Origin: a virus
Strand: one strand, 5' to 3'
Length of the DNA stretch: 64,000 bases
IMG/VR virus record: IMGVR_UViG_3300044638_004964
Coordinates: 41,962-105,961 of that record
Made by a program: the position numbers and the translations under genes. The notes beneath the pieces are model-generated. The model was not told where the DNA came from, searched no databases, and worked only from the letters and a program-made list of their open reading frames with translations. Shown here in pieces: positions 51,001 through 59,055 of this stretch. Position 1 is the stretch's first letter. Every line of letters starts with the position of its first letter.

Positions 51001-51615
51001 TGATCCTAACTGGCTCTCTAAAGCTCCAACGCCCTGTCGAAACTGAGCAAGAATAGCAATAGCACCTTCGGCAGTTTGCGTTATGCTATCAAAGTTGGGG
51101 GCTAGTGCTGCTTGTGCTAATGAATTAAGAGCAACTTTGGTATCGGAAGCACTTAGGCCGGCCTGTGTTAAAACCGTAGTAACTTCTAGCAATGACTGTG
51201 ATGATACACCAAACCCTCTTGCTAAATTAGTAATTTCATCAGTTAAATCTCTTAAGCCGCCCACGCTTTTGCCGGTGACTTGGGCAACCTTAACTAACTG
51301 ACGCTCAAAATCAATAGAAGTTTGTATAGCATCGCTAAGTGTGCTAGTAAACAAACCTACTGCTCTAGTAGCTATAGAGAAAGCGGCAAAACGGCGAATA
51401 GACACAGCAAAAGCTCGACCCATCCTATCAGCAGCCGAAGTTGCTTGATTGGTGGATTGAGTTATTTGCTGTATCTGTTGCTGTGCCCGTGCTGATCCTT
51501 GAACCTGTACATTAACGTTAATACCATTAAGTTGGCTCTGGATTTGGCTAACAATTTGCGATACATTGTTAGGGGCTTGTAATTGTAATTGAGCGGTTAA
51601 TACGAAACGTGCCAT
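45058..51615 (-). CDS. Tail tape measure protein with inserted domains
   Basis: TP901-type core (FERQLVKVAQVTG..ESIGTGLRTIFTR), long Ala/Gln/Glu helical segments, three DTVPAxLxPGEFV motifs. Confidence 0.9.
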   Translation of the reverse strand: MARFVLTAQLQLQAPNNVSQIVSQIQSQLNGINVNVQVQGSARAQQQIQQITQSTNQATSAADRMGRAFAVSIRRFAAFSIATRAVGLFTSTLSDAIQTSIDFERQLVKVAQVTGKSVGGLRDLTDEITNLARGFGVSSQSLLEVTTVLTQAGLSASDTKVALNSLAQAALAPNFDSITQTAEGAIAILAQFRQGVGALESQLGSINAVAGAFAVEASDLIDVIRRTGGVFKSSGGDLNELLALFTSVRATTRESAESIGTGLRTIFTRIQRPETIEFLKQFGVNLVDLEGKFVGPFEAVKRLSEGLAGLGERDITFIKVAEELGGFRQIGKVLPLLQQFSTAEAALNVATKANNSLSQDAASAQAALAVRIAKVREEFLALIRSVTETSTFQIMANTALTLASALIKVADSIKPLLPLLASVAAFRAIRGIGTFVGATAAGLQSGRTFNKGGKVHHFATGGLVPGVGNRDTVPAMLSPGEFVIRKSSVQKLGASNLAGMNRGGEVQRFDRGGKAIIPRSGTPARSNLASLSDDQLSSLSGNTALSRAGASRVANELAKRKKGFENQEKLANVPKFGLVGLFGNAYGPTLGITPKTKTQVSIQGARLNKKESKQYEGVMKSGFIDTIKNIGTKLATSVGARPKLEQGFINDVIKKAGFYNAAGAYLESSLALVGAPFEKDGINSPLDFPSGLGAVSSKFGIASNIPTDVTRTIGSGGKNNSKFLAQVDRYLVKNDLATKKAAGGIIQKFAMGGRAKGIENAPLVDDILQASGSILPRPSAAIQALIKAGGGAVDVDRTLKRTIGDTAYAKAPTPGAKDASLNTYFRDEAKRLQDLQTAPITQFGRELQIAIKNGQIDARKVSIISKSKRVKGAAEYLSSQFGIPVQNMIFTQGGSKQPAIDAIRNKGSRVDRVARFATGGGVGTDTVPALLTPGEFVVNRSSAQRIGYGNLNRMNKVGKYANGGIVQKFAGGSTGTGVQPVTAPSGPGATVNTAAQAQATQRATQATNNFGLGISVASGALQAMLPPIDDNSSAMQKFGNSVLSMITTIGGVVFALEGFGVSLTKQSVGKFLSGKSGGDFQSKVTRPFDRRARSSDLRDSIDAFRRGGSTGIGQRVPGLLNYRDPGSGSDRDILRGLALRRNKSGRLRSSPGVDVEQFIPKGRTGDIFRSLSGPIGKVAFQFGRLAGPLAVATTAISLFNAAVTAFSDAEVRKKKAIESGDVEAAGKAASDQYSLEAGNTGRMALGGGGAVLGFMLGGPIGAAIGAGLGTLIASQDPGLSEAISELFGGNTKDSVVALSEAQAQATKTQKAFEQGEKDAAKAMEDFNRGTISAADALSKIRNVTTEANNLEQANQKAIQTNNANKNQGGLEGFGRNVASFATLGYVESASTRNARIDKENEGLNKSSMDAQRKAFEMRRPLTNEAMRSGILLNKDQATIDAEIQASGGESATSLRAKGLSLANQSIEARNKGDNDTANLLQQQSEAAYEMSQELENSFKNLSKEIETARAALDAMSLGLRSATSISSAQSASMTKFAAGLEVGGSSFVNDVAFLQEAMGSAAASMDPDEIKQSMENVGKNLSSLGVSPGDVAKFKGNTAAFIQAQQNYGAAFDEIRDEMKVTGKILSPDELKNRFAEELSNGLPEGAIKDNLKSVIRGLELDQKDVEKLLSGDKSVIGDKLSESQKKAFEEIEKIAQDRQKAEQVLIDLTKKRIEAERNALEAQKEALSLTLEGRELQSKYGGKVVTNEERRKNVLDRANVNNLGLSNMNTGSLADIRGRNKEILDKFTAIEGSRTEQNGFEGANGARMNEMQQDLQKAQKDQVNTIRELVKLEEENLKLIGEKNKLEKDSIDALVSGDIDKFMQTQATVGATAAIATGNKSLMGAFGPEALGLAAQDIRRQQEAGVQSLYGTQLAGQGGLTQQAFGSALSARGVTDPRLAQVASGTTAEEEASKSRLRDYGTALGETGQLGAEMANMQLESATINVRDAQVIYNKVQERGQAAVAALGKANGGLIYANRGMFIPRGTDTVPAMLTPGEFVVRREAVNRGNNLQILQQMNGTGGGMTNSSAVMGFARGGKVQYYAGGGVSSSSGSGSTESFEKLTQALTRVMGYVNGVAESIKSLPTTISHQIADTKVDVNVMGGNMLNAFADNLESRVMGKVSEKLKNSYPTENGIQNNGSVLG

Positions 51616-51651
51616 AGTTTCCTAACTTTGGTTAAGGCCGCTCACTATCCA

Positions 51652-52518
51652 TTAACTATCCGAAGATTTGGATTTCTTTACTTTTACTACCGCCTTGGCT
51701 TCTTCTATAGCTTGGTCGTTATCATCCAAATATGTTATACTTGGAATGTAATTACCAGAATCATCTAGAATATTGCCATCTTTATCTGTTCTTTGACCAT
51801 CACTATTGATATAGTAACCCTGCTTGTCAATTCTGCGTCCTTCTAAATCTACTGTTTCGCCCTTTTCATTGACTAAACTAAGATTTTCGTCTACATAATT
51901 GAACATTTTAAGGAACTTATTTTCGGGCAATTTGGACTCAAAATCCTTATCTACCGAATAAAGCATACCGGCTAATGTTGTAGCGGCGGCATACCCAATT
52001 TCATCGTCAGATCGTCTTTGATAGTCTTCTAAATCATTATACACCTTATTGCCATTTTCATAATATGCGCAATTAGCAACTAAAAAGTCGAATTTGCTAT
52101 TATCAGAAATAGATTCCGCTGTATTTTGCTCTAGAGATAATCTTTCGGATATAAGATCGCGCAACTCATTCCTCTTTTTGCGCATTTCTATAGCAATTCT
52201 TTTACCTTCTGATGCTCTGAGTTTACCATTCTTGCCACCGACGTAAAGCTGTTTTTCTAGACTAAAAATAGTATCAGTTATTGACTTTTGCTTTTCGTCC
52301 TTATCTTTATCCCATACGCCTTGGGCGTTCATGAACTTTTCAAGTTCTTTCTTAGTCATAATTCCTTCACGAACACAGTCTGTCCAAACTTTCGCACCAA
52401 TTCTTTGTGATGCTGACATTAGTGTGTTGCTTGGCTTTTTAACGTATAGTTTGATTGTTTCCTCTTTACCATTCTTAGTGATTGTAACATCAACAATTTT
52501 TTCTTTATCCTGTGACAT
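51652..52518 (-). CDS. Putative tail assembly chaperone (paralog of 52905-53930)
   Basis: Immediately upstream of the tape measure gene; GGAGG SD; C-terminal D-x-x-G repeats. Confidence 0.55.
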   Translation of the reverse strand: MSQDKEKIVDVTITKNGKEETIKLYVKKPSNTLMSASQRIGAKVWTDCVREGIMTKKELEKFMNAQGVWDKDKDEKQKSITDTIFSLEKQLYVGGKNGKLRASEGKRIAIEMRKKRNELRDLISERLSLEQNTAESISDNSKFDFLVANCAYYENGNKVYNDLEDYQRRSDDEIGYAAATTLAGMLYSVDKDFESKLPENKFLKMFNYVDENLSLVNEKGETVDLEGRRIDKQGYYINSDGQRTDKDGNILDDSGNYIPSITYLDDNDQAIEEAKAVVKVKKSKSSDS

Positions 52519-52530
52519 AATTTGTCCTCC

Positions 52531-52893
52531 TTAGTTCTTTGGTGGTTGAATAACTGGCATTTGGATTGAGTATCTTAACCATTCTACGTCATATTGAGCT
52601 AATTCAGCATCAATATTACGAGCTTGATTATTACCCTTATCTAAAATTTCCGATCTAATCTTGTTGTATAAATCTTTGAGTTGTTCTTGGTCTTTGGTTA
52701 GTGGTTTATCAGAATTACTATTCCATAAAAACCCTAGATTTTCTTCTATGCTACTTAAAGCTCCTATCATTGTTGTCTGAATTTTCTTTTTAAGAATTTT
52801 TGACAAACGTTCTTTTGAGTCAAGCTTGTATTTTGCTTCTCTAATTTTTTTATAGTCATTTATCTTAATATAATCTTCTGGCAAATTGTCCAT
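52531..52893 (-). CDS. Hypothetical helical protein in the chaperone region
   Basis: AGGAGG SD; lies between tail tube and tape measure genes. Confidence 0.6.
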   Translation of the reverse strand: MDNLPEDYIKINDYKKIREAKYKLDSKERLSKILKKKIQTTMIGALSSIEENLGFLWNSNSDKPLTKDQEQLKDLYNKIRSEILDKGNNQARNIDAELAQYDVEWLRYSIQMPVIQPPKN

Positions 52894-52904
52894 TATATCC
52901 TCCT

Positions 52905-53930
52905 TTAATGTCTTCCTCTTAGTTGATTAGTTGCTTTCATTTGTAAATTAAGTCGTTCGTCTGCAAATTGATCTTGGGTCGCGGTTCCTTTATTTTTAAG
53001 TAATTGCTCTCTTTGTTTTTTGATCATTGTTGCGTGTGGATTATTTAATGAGTCAATTTTGCGAACATCTTTATCATTATTTGCCATTACGAAAACTTCT
53101 GAAGAATTCTTGATCTTGTCGTTTTTAACTGAATTTTCAAATTCTTTTTCGTTTATTTCTCTCTCCCTCTTTTGACTCTGTAATATAAACCAGCCGTCTA
53201 ATAAATCATCGTCTTGTATTACTTCTTTTTGTGGGCAGTCCATAGATTCTTGAATATTATCATATGTTTGTGACCATATTATTAAATTTTTTTGATTATA
53301 TGTCAATTCTTGATCTGGGCTATTATTAAATAGTTTTACTTGAGCATTTTCTCTAATTACCCATAAAGATTTCCAAGGTTCTGATCTAGATAATTCTCTT
53401 ATTTTAGATTCTGCTATTGCAGAATTTTGATATTCATCAACAATATATTGTAGTGAAATAGTATCAAAGTCATACAATTCGTTGTTTTGATAAGTAGTGT
53501 TTCTTATTATCCATGCTAATTTTTCATACGAAGCAAAACCTTCGCAAGTATTTAAATAATATTGATTTTTTTTATTGCTATGAGATATTAACTGTTTTTC
53601 TCCAGCCCTAATATATAATCTGATCTGTTCTCTTAGTGAGTCATTATTTCTAGCGTTATAAATTTCTATTTTTAAACGCTCAATGTCTTTATTTAGACCT
53701 TCTAATTTTTCATCGTCTGATTTTGTCCATAGATCTTGTTCTCTCATCCATTGGTCAATTTCGCTTTCATCCATCATCCCGTCAACATAAGCTTGCTGAA
53801 ATGATTCGTTATAAACCTGACAAGCTTGAACGTATTGATCAATAGTTGGTGGAATAATAACTAAATTTTTAACAAAATATTTTCCAGAACGTATGAGGGA
53901 AATAAAAAACTCCCGCTCATGTTGTTTCAT
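52905..53930 (-). CDS. Putative tail assembly chaperone
   Basis: Directly after the tail tube gene; C-terminal P..EVIQDDDLLDGW motif. Confidence 0.55.
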   Translation of the reverse strand: MKQHEREFFISLIRSGKYFVKNLVIIPPTIDQYVQACQVYNESFQQAYVDGMMDESEIDQWMREQDLWTKSDDEKLEGLNKDIERLKIEIYNARNNDSLREQIRLYIRAGEKQLISHSNKKNQYYLNTCEGFASYEKLAWIIRNTTYQNNELYDFDTISLQYIVDEYQNSAIAESKIRELSRSEPWKSLWVIRENAQVKLFNNSPDQELTYNQKNLIIWSQTYDNIQESMDCPQKEVIQDDDLLDGWFILQSQKREREINEKEFENSVKNDKIKNSSEVFVMANNDKDVRKIDSLNNPHATMIKKQREQLLKNKGTATQDQFADERLNLQMKATNQLRGRH

Positions 53931-53968
53931 AAAAACCTCACAAGCGGGAGCTTACATGTTGTTTCCTT
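53904..53968 (-). promoter_or_regulatory. Start-stop uORF plus terminator-like hairpin covering the SD and AUG of 52905-53930
   Basis: mRNA reads AAGGA-aacaac-AUG-UA-AGCUCCCGCUUGUG..CAUGAGCGGGAGUU-UUUU; about 14-bp stem followed by a U-tract. Confidence 0.7.
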
Positions 53969-54003
53969 TTGAATCCTATTAAATTATCTTATCACTAACT
54001 GAA

Positions 54004-55077
54004 TTACAAGCCAGCGGGATCTTCTGGATGAGTTACAGTTAGTTGATTATAAGTTGAGTAACTGAATTTCATAGACACGTTACCACCGCCAGCGTCACCG
54101 CCGCCGTATGTCACGGATGCTAATCTATTTTTATTTCCTAGATCAAATATTGTACCGTCTTGAAGAACCATTTTGATAGTTTCTTCGATGGTATTATTAC
54201 CTTCGTTTCTGGTGCCAATATATGATGGCTTACCTTCTTCGTAAGCCGAAACGAAATCTCCAGAAATTGAAATAACATCAAATTCACATGTTACTTCTAC
54301 TGGATAATTTGGCGCACGATAATAAGGAGCTTTACGACCAAGCTCTAAAATATTATCACGACTGAGATCAGTACTAATTGTGCAGTTCTGAACGTGTACC
54401 AACGGTGCGCCGGTAAGACTAGCTCCTTGAGTAGCATTGCCGGGATTTGAGTTTTGAGAAACACCATAAATTGATTGTGGTAGAATGCAACTGCCCATTA
54501 CTACGTTTTCTCTTCGCTGAATACCACCCTGAGAGTTAGTTAGTGCTAATGGCTCGTCTGTACCTTGACCACTATCAGTTAAAAGAGCAACAACGGCGCT
54601 TGTGATTTTTGGATTTGATGTGTTCCAAACCTTATGATTTCCAACAAGAGTAACTGATTCTGTTGCGTTACCTTCTGTTTGTAGTGTGTAGCTTAGATTA
54701 CTAAAATACATACCTGACATATAAATTTCTACAGGGGCATTACCACTAACTGCGTCTACAGCGTCAGAATAAATGCCAAGAGCAACACAACATCTTTCTT
54801 TAGCGCGACTAACTAAACTACTAGTTGTAGCTTCTGAACTAGCTAAGTGATAAATTAGAGGATATCCATCAAGAACCTTTTCTAAGGTTACTTCGATCTC
54901 TGGTAGACCTTCAATATTTTCATAAATTTGAATTTGGCCTAGTTCGAAAGCTTGTTCCAAGTTAAAATTTGTATTTACGCCAACGCTCTGAACGCCATGA
55001 ACGGCAGTCATGCCGCCGACAAAGCATGGCTCAATGGCTACAGCTTGACAGGCGTAGAAAATTCTATTATTTGCCAT
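54004..55077 (-). CDS. Major tail (tube) protein
   Basis: Two similar halves (VQSVG..FELGQ; VQNCTI..LELGR), AGGAG SD, dedicated upstream motif, position between tail completion and chaperone genes. Confidence 0.7.
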   Translation of the reverse strand: MANNRIFYACQAVAIEPCFVGGMTAVHGVQSVGVNTNFNLEQAFELGQIQIYENIEGLPEIEVTLEKVLDGYPLIYHLASSEATTSSLVSRAKERCCVALGIYSDAVDAVSGNAPVEIYMSGMYFSNLSYTLQTEGNATESVTLVGNHKVWNTSNPKITSAVVALLTDSGQGTDEPLALTNSQGGIQRRENVVMGSCILPQSIYGVSQNSNPGNATQGASLTGAPLVHVQNCTISTDLSRDNILELGRKAPYYRAPNYPVEVTCEFDVISISGDFVSAYEEGKPSYIGTRNEGNNTIEETIKMVLQDGTIFDLGNKNRLASVTYGGGDAGGGNVSMKFSYSTYNQLTVTHPEDPAGL

Positions 55078-55106
55078 TATTTCTCTCCTATAATATTATG
55101 GGAAAA

Positions 55107-55124
55107 CTCTAATTATTTATACAC
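55107..55124 (-). promoter_or_regulatory. Putative late promoter GTGTATAAATAATTAGAG
   Basis: Intergenic; 17/18 identical to 61033-61050; contains the T4-late-like TATAAATA. Confidence 0.65.
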
Positions 55125-55128
55125 AAAT

Positions 55129-56097
55129 TTATATGGTTGTTTCAATTGATTCAGCGGTCAATCGCACTATACCGGCGTATATATTCATTAACTGCATTCC
55201 TTGTACTATTGAGTTTTTTAACCTCAATTGTCCTCTTGGGTATTTTTCTAATAATTCTGGATACCTCAAAGCTCCAGAGGTTGGAACGCCCATGTAATTT
55301 AGTGGAAAATCTCCGCTATTTGCTATATTATTGCTATTAAACATGTATATAGTTTTATCATTTTGTAGCGAGATAATATCTACCAATTTATTTCTAGTAA
55401 ATTCATCTTCAGCCAAACAGTGAAATAATAGGTCTGTTTCAACGAATTGTCCACCACCCAATTGATATCCACGAAGGGTTCTTCTTGGGACTATTTCTAC
55501 GGCTATAGCTGGCAATTGAACCCTGAGTTCGTTTGGGAGTTCAAAATCACCTTTATTTGGTATATTGAAATTATTATTTAAATCAAGTGATTTATACTGA
55601 ATTTCAGCTAACCAAGGCAAACTATTGGCGTATATTACATTTATGTATTTATAACTATATTCTATTTGAACTTTACTGCCGGTAGGGATTGGATTGTCAA
55701 ATATTACTCTTCCATTATAATAGTCTACTTTGTGGGCGTATGTTCCAGTACTGGAAGATGGGCGAAAAGTATTATCTACATAAACGCCAGAAATACCCGG
55801 TATGGCATTATTATTTCCAACTATTGGTGCTGGTCTATAACTAATACCACTTTGCCAAACCCAATTAGACCTAAATGCATCCCAAGCTTGTCCACTAAGA
55901 TAGTTTTCACTTGACGATATTTTTAATTTGCTATAATCTAATCCGTCTGGTGATAATTCATTCAAGTTTACATTAAAGTAATTTCCTTTTTCTAGCAAAG
56001 CCCAATCCAAAAATTCAACAATGTTATCTTGAATTTCGTTATTTAGCGTTGTGCTAAAAACATCATTGAATCCTTTAAGATTTAGATGATTTGCCAT
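55129..56097 (-). CDS. Tail completion / terminator-like protein
   Basis: QLPAIAVE..GYQLGG..DLLFHCLAE..RNKLVD; directly upstream of the tail tube gene. Confidence 0.55.
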   Translation of the reverse strand: MANHLNLKGFNDVFSTTLNNEIQDNIVEFLDWALLEKGNYFNVNLNELSPDGLDYSKLKISSSENYLSGQAWDAFRSNWVWQSGISYRPAPIVGNNNAIPGISGVYVDNTFRPSSSTGTYAHKVDYYNGRVIFDNPIPTGSKVQIEYSYKYINVIYANSLPWLAEIQYKSLDLNNNFNIPNKGDFELPNELRVQLPAIAVEIVPRRTLRGYQLGGGQFVETDLLFHCLAEDEFTRNKLVDIISLQNDKTIYMFNSNNIANSGDFPLNYMGVPTSGALRYPELLEKYPRGQLRLKNSIVQGMQLMNIYAGIVRLTAESIETTI

Positions 56098-56100
56098 ATT

Positions 56101-56736
56101 TTATCCTAGATATTTATCAAAAATATTTGTTAAAATTTTATCTTGATCGTTACCAGATAATGCTCTAGTAACAAAATTATCTGTTTTTGTACCAGCGAAT
56201 TGTGGTGGGACTCTAAATGCTCCACCTTTTATCATGTTTCCCAATCCTGACCTTCCTAGTCCGGTTGATGGATTATATTGATAATTTGAAACTATTATAG
56301 CATCTCCACGAATAAGAAGCCAATCTAACCAGTGTAAGTCACCGCCTTGGTAAATGGTGTGACCTTGTGGTAATCCAAGTAAATTTGCAAAATTTTCTGG
56401 TTGAATATAAACCTCAAAACCACCCCTTGTTAATGAATTATTATAGCTTACAAATTTGAATATTAATGATCCAGTAACTGAATTTACGATTGCATTTACT
56501 ATATCGCTAGCACTTCCAGCTATGCCAAAGTATCCAGCCAAAGAACTATTGTCTTTTGCTAATAATGCAACAATTTCTGGCTGATTTCTCAGCCAAGTTG
56601 GAACATGTGATGAAATTTCAGAAATTATATTTTTTGAGTTATTATTTAATTTAGTGTTGATATATTCTGCTATTGCTGAATTAATATTTTTTTCTATACT
56701 TTTGATTGAGTCTGTTATTTTTAAACTAATAGTCAT
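56101..56736 (-). CDS. Neck / tail-completion protein
   Basis: LHWLDWLL..G, C-terminal NFVTRAL; position in the head-tail joining block; ATG at 56736 overlaps the upstream stop. Confidence 0.5.
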   Translation of the reverse strand: MTISLKITDSIKSIEKNINSAIAEYINTKLNNNSKNIISEISSHVPTWLRNQPEIVALLAKDNSSLAGYFGIAGSASDIVNAIVNSVTGSLIFKFVSYNNSLTRGGFEVYIQPENFANLLGLPQGHTIYQGGDLHWLDWLLIRGDAIIVSNYQYNPSTGLGRSGLGNMIKGGAFRVPPQFAGTKTDNFVTRALSGNDQDKILTNIFDKYLG

Positions 56737-57215
56737 ACCCGACTCCAAAAACAAGCAAAATATCGTATTTGTTTTAGGCCAATTGGGATATGTTCTCCAG
56801 ATCTTTCAAATTTCATTTCTTTATAATCTTTGATATCTTTATGTACAATTAATGACTTTGCTGCTAATACTCTTGGTAGATCTGTCATATACCCTATAGT
56901 TTGTATAGAATTATCTGGAACTTTAATAGATCCAGCAACTCCAATCCACTGTTTTGGATCCCAATATACTTTGAGTTTAATTTCTGATAATGTCTCAATT
57001 TCTCTAATTGTTTTTGTCCCTATGTCGTAATCTCCACCGCGAATTCTATGAGCATTAATAGAATTTTTGTCCGGTATATTGTTATTTGGATTTTTGATTG
57101 TTTCTTCAATTTTATCTATAGAAACAAGCTGACACGTAACTCCGAAAATATCAAATGTAGAATCAATAACTTCGTAGTATTTGTCGAAAACGCTTTGCGG
57201 TATAGTAATAGCCAT
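56733..57215 (-). CDS. Head-tail joining (closure-like) protein
   Basis: Size, beta-rich pattern and gene order. Confidence 0.5.
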   Translation of the reverse strand: MAITIPQSVFDKYYEVIDSTFDIFGVTCQLVSIDKIEETIKNPNNNIPDKNSINAHRIRGGDYDIGTKTIREIETLSEIKLKVYWDPKQWIGVAGSIKVPDNSIQTIGYMTDLPRVLAAKSLIVHKDIKDYKEMKFERSGEHIPIGLKQIRYFACFWSRV

Positions 57216-57218
57216 AAT

Positions 57219-59051
57219 TTACCATCCTGTTAATGATGATCTTTTCCAGTTGTTCGTTGATGTACAAACATAAATATAGTTACTGTCCCAACACATATCC
57301 CCAGTATTGCCTATATCATTTCCGCTAGCTGGAGTTTTACTTGTTCTTAATCTCATTATATTACTATTGATATCAAGTCTTGCCGTTGGTTCAAGTATAT
57401 CAAGACCAAGATTTCCAGCTAAATAATTGTTGTTAGGGCTAATTTGAAATATACCCCAGTGATTATCAGTATTTTCTCCACTAGCTGTTAATACTAAATC
57501 ATAAGCATTTACTATTGTGCCACTTAAAGAATAGCAAGATATGCTTACTCCAACGGCGTTGTTTGTTATTGGACTTTGTGGAAAACCATCATTGTGGCCG
57601 TATGTTATATTTGCTCCGTATAAATCTTGTAATACTCCACCATCATCGGGGGCTAAATTTCTATGATTGATAGTGGTTGATCCAACAGAAACTCCAGAAT
57701 TATAAATTCCATCTTGTATACTAGATCTAGAAATATTATACGAACCAACATTGTTATATTGGCCACTAGTTGATATAACATTATTACAATCAGTAATAGT
57801 TCCGTAAATAACGTTTGCGTTGTTATTAGTTGTTCTAACTGATAAAGATGAATCACTTCTTGGAGTATAATTGATACCAACGTAACCAGTTATCCCCATT
57901 GATAACGAAGTATATTCTGTTATATTTTGTGTTTTATTTTGAAAATAGCCAGAGATAGCAGTATCATTACTTCGCAAAGCTCCAGAAGCAATAATTAAAT
58001 CATTTCTAAGTATGCCGGAAGTTGAAACACACATCCCAGAAACTGCTGATAAATCATTTCTAAGAACCCCAGAAACTGCGGACAAGCTGTTTCTAAGAAC
58101 GCCAGAAACTGCTGATAAATCATTTCGAAGAACTCCAGAAACTGCTGTTATGCGATTATTTAATATTCCAGAATATGCTACCCATTCTTCTTCGGTGATG
58201 TATAGTGAATCTAGGTCTGGTATATCTTCTAAAATTAATGGTCTAAAATTTGGATAGGCTGGAGAACATGGTGGAGTACAGCCGCTTGCTGGTCCAGCGA
58301 AAACTAATCCAGCTTCTTGCTGTCTAAATAGAATATATTGATTAGCCGAACCACTAAGTTGTATAACAGCATCACTACCAGTTAAACGACTAATTAGAGA
58401 ACGGTCATAAGCATATTTATCTGTTTCATTTCTTACATAGTGCGTTAGTTGTCTACCGCCACCATAAGAAACATCTCCATTATTTCCAGATGGAAAATAA
58501 ACACCAGAAGATGATACTATTAAACCAGATGTTCTAATTATAGAATCGGGGGCGTCACCCCCAATATCTATAGCATAAGATGGACTTGTTTTATTAATGC
58601 CTAATCTATTATTTGTTTTATCCCAAATAAGACTAGGGTCATAATCTAAAACGTGATCGGAACCCCAAAAAGCTAAACCGCTACTTTGAGGAACTGTTAA
58701 TCCAGCTAATCCAGAGCCAGTATAAACAGAGTGAGTGGCTGGATAGGTGACATAAACCTCTTTTATTCCCTCGACAAAATTAATTTTGGCATTACCATTG
58801 GTACTTTTTATGGGAAATCTTATTAATTGATTGTTGGTTATACCGTCGCCACTATCATAGTCTGCTCTTTGATATATCCCAGAACCTATTTCATAATTTG
58901 TGCCATCTGTGATAGCATAAAATACTTCAGAGTTATGAGAATACGTAGAACTAAAAGAACTAAATCCACTAACTGGTCCAGACAACATCATGTTGCCAGT
59001 ACCAATTGTATAACTAAGTTCCTTGATTCTATCAGCTAGATTGATAGGCAT
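57219..59051 (-). CDS. Fibre-like virion protein with 11-aa coiled-coil repeats
   Basis: LADRIKE..TIGTG N-terminus, WDKTNNRLGIN, NDLSAVSGVLR repeats, C-terminal G..GDMCWDSNYIYVCT..NWKR. Confidence 0.7.
   Translation of the reverse strand: MPINLADRIKELSYTIGTGNMMLSGPVSGFSSFSSTYSHNSEVFYAITDGTNYEIGSGIYQRADYDSGDGITNNQLIRFPIKSTNGNAKINFVEGIKEVYVTYPATHSVYTGSGLAGLTVPQSSGLAFWGSDHVLDYDPSLIWDKTNNRLGINKTSPSYAIDIGGDAPDSIIRTSGLIVSSSGVYFPSGNNGDVSYGGGRQLTHYVRNETDKYAYDRSLISRLTGSDAVIQLSGSANQYILFRQQEAGLVFAGPASGCTPPCSPAYPNFRPLILEDIPDLDSLYITEEEWVAYSGILNNRITAVSGVLRNDLSAVSGVLRNSLSAVSGVLRNDLSAVSGMCVSTSGILRNDLIIASGALRSNDTAISGYFQNKTQNITEYTSLSMGITGYVGINYTPRSDSSLSVRTTNNNANVIYGTITDCNNVISTSGQYNNVGSYNISRSSIQDGIYNSGVSVGSTTINHRNLAPDDGGVLQDLYGANITYGHNDGFPQSPITNNAVGVSISCYSLSGTIVNAYDLVLTASGENTDNHWGIFQISPNNNYLAGNLGLDILEPTARLDINSNIMRLRTSKTPASGNDIGNTGDMCWDSNYIYVCTSTNNWKRSSLTGW
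58036..58147. repeat. 33-bp coding tandem repeat (about 3.4 copies)
   Basis: ccagaaactgctgataaatcatttctaagaac-like units start at 58036, 58069, 58102 and 58135. Confidence 0.9.
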
Positions 59052-59055
59052 AGGA

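Noticed and set aside
51652-53930. Programmed -1 frameshift in the tail chaperone genes
   Set aside because: Each ORF has its own SD and start, and I saw no convincing slippery heptamer at the ORF ends.
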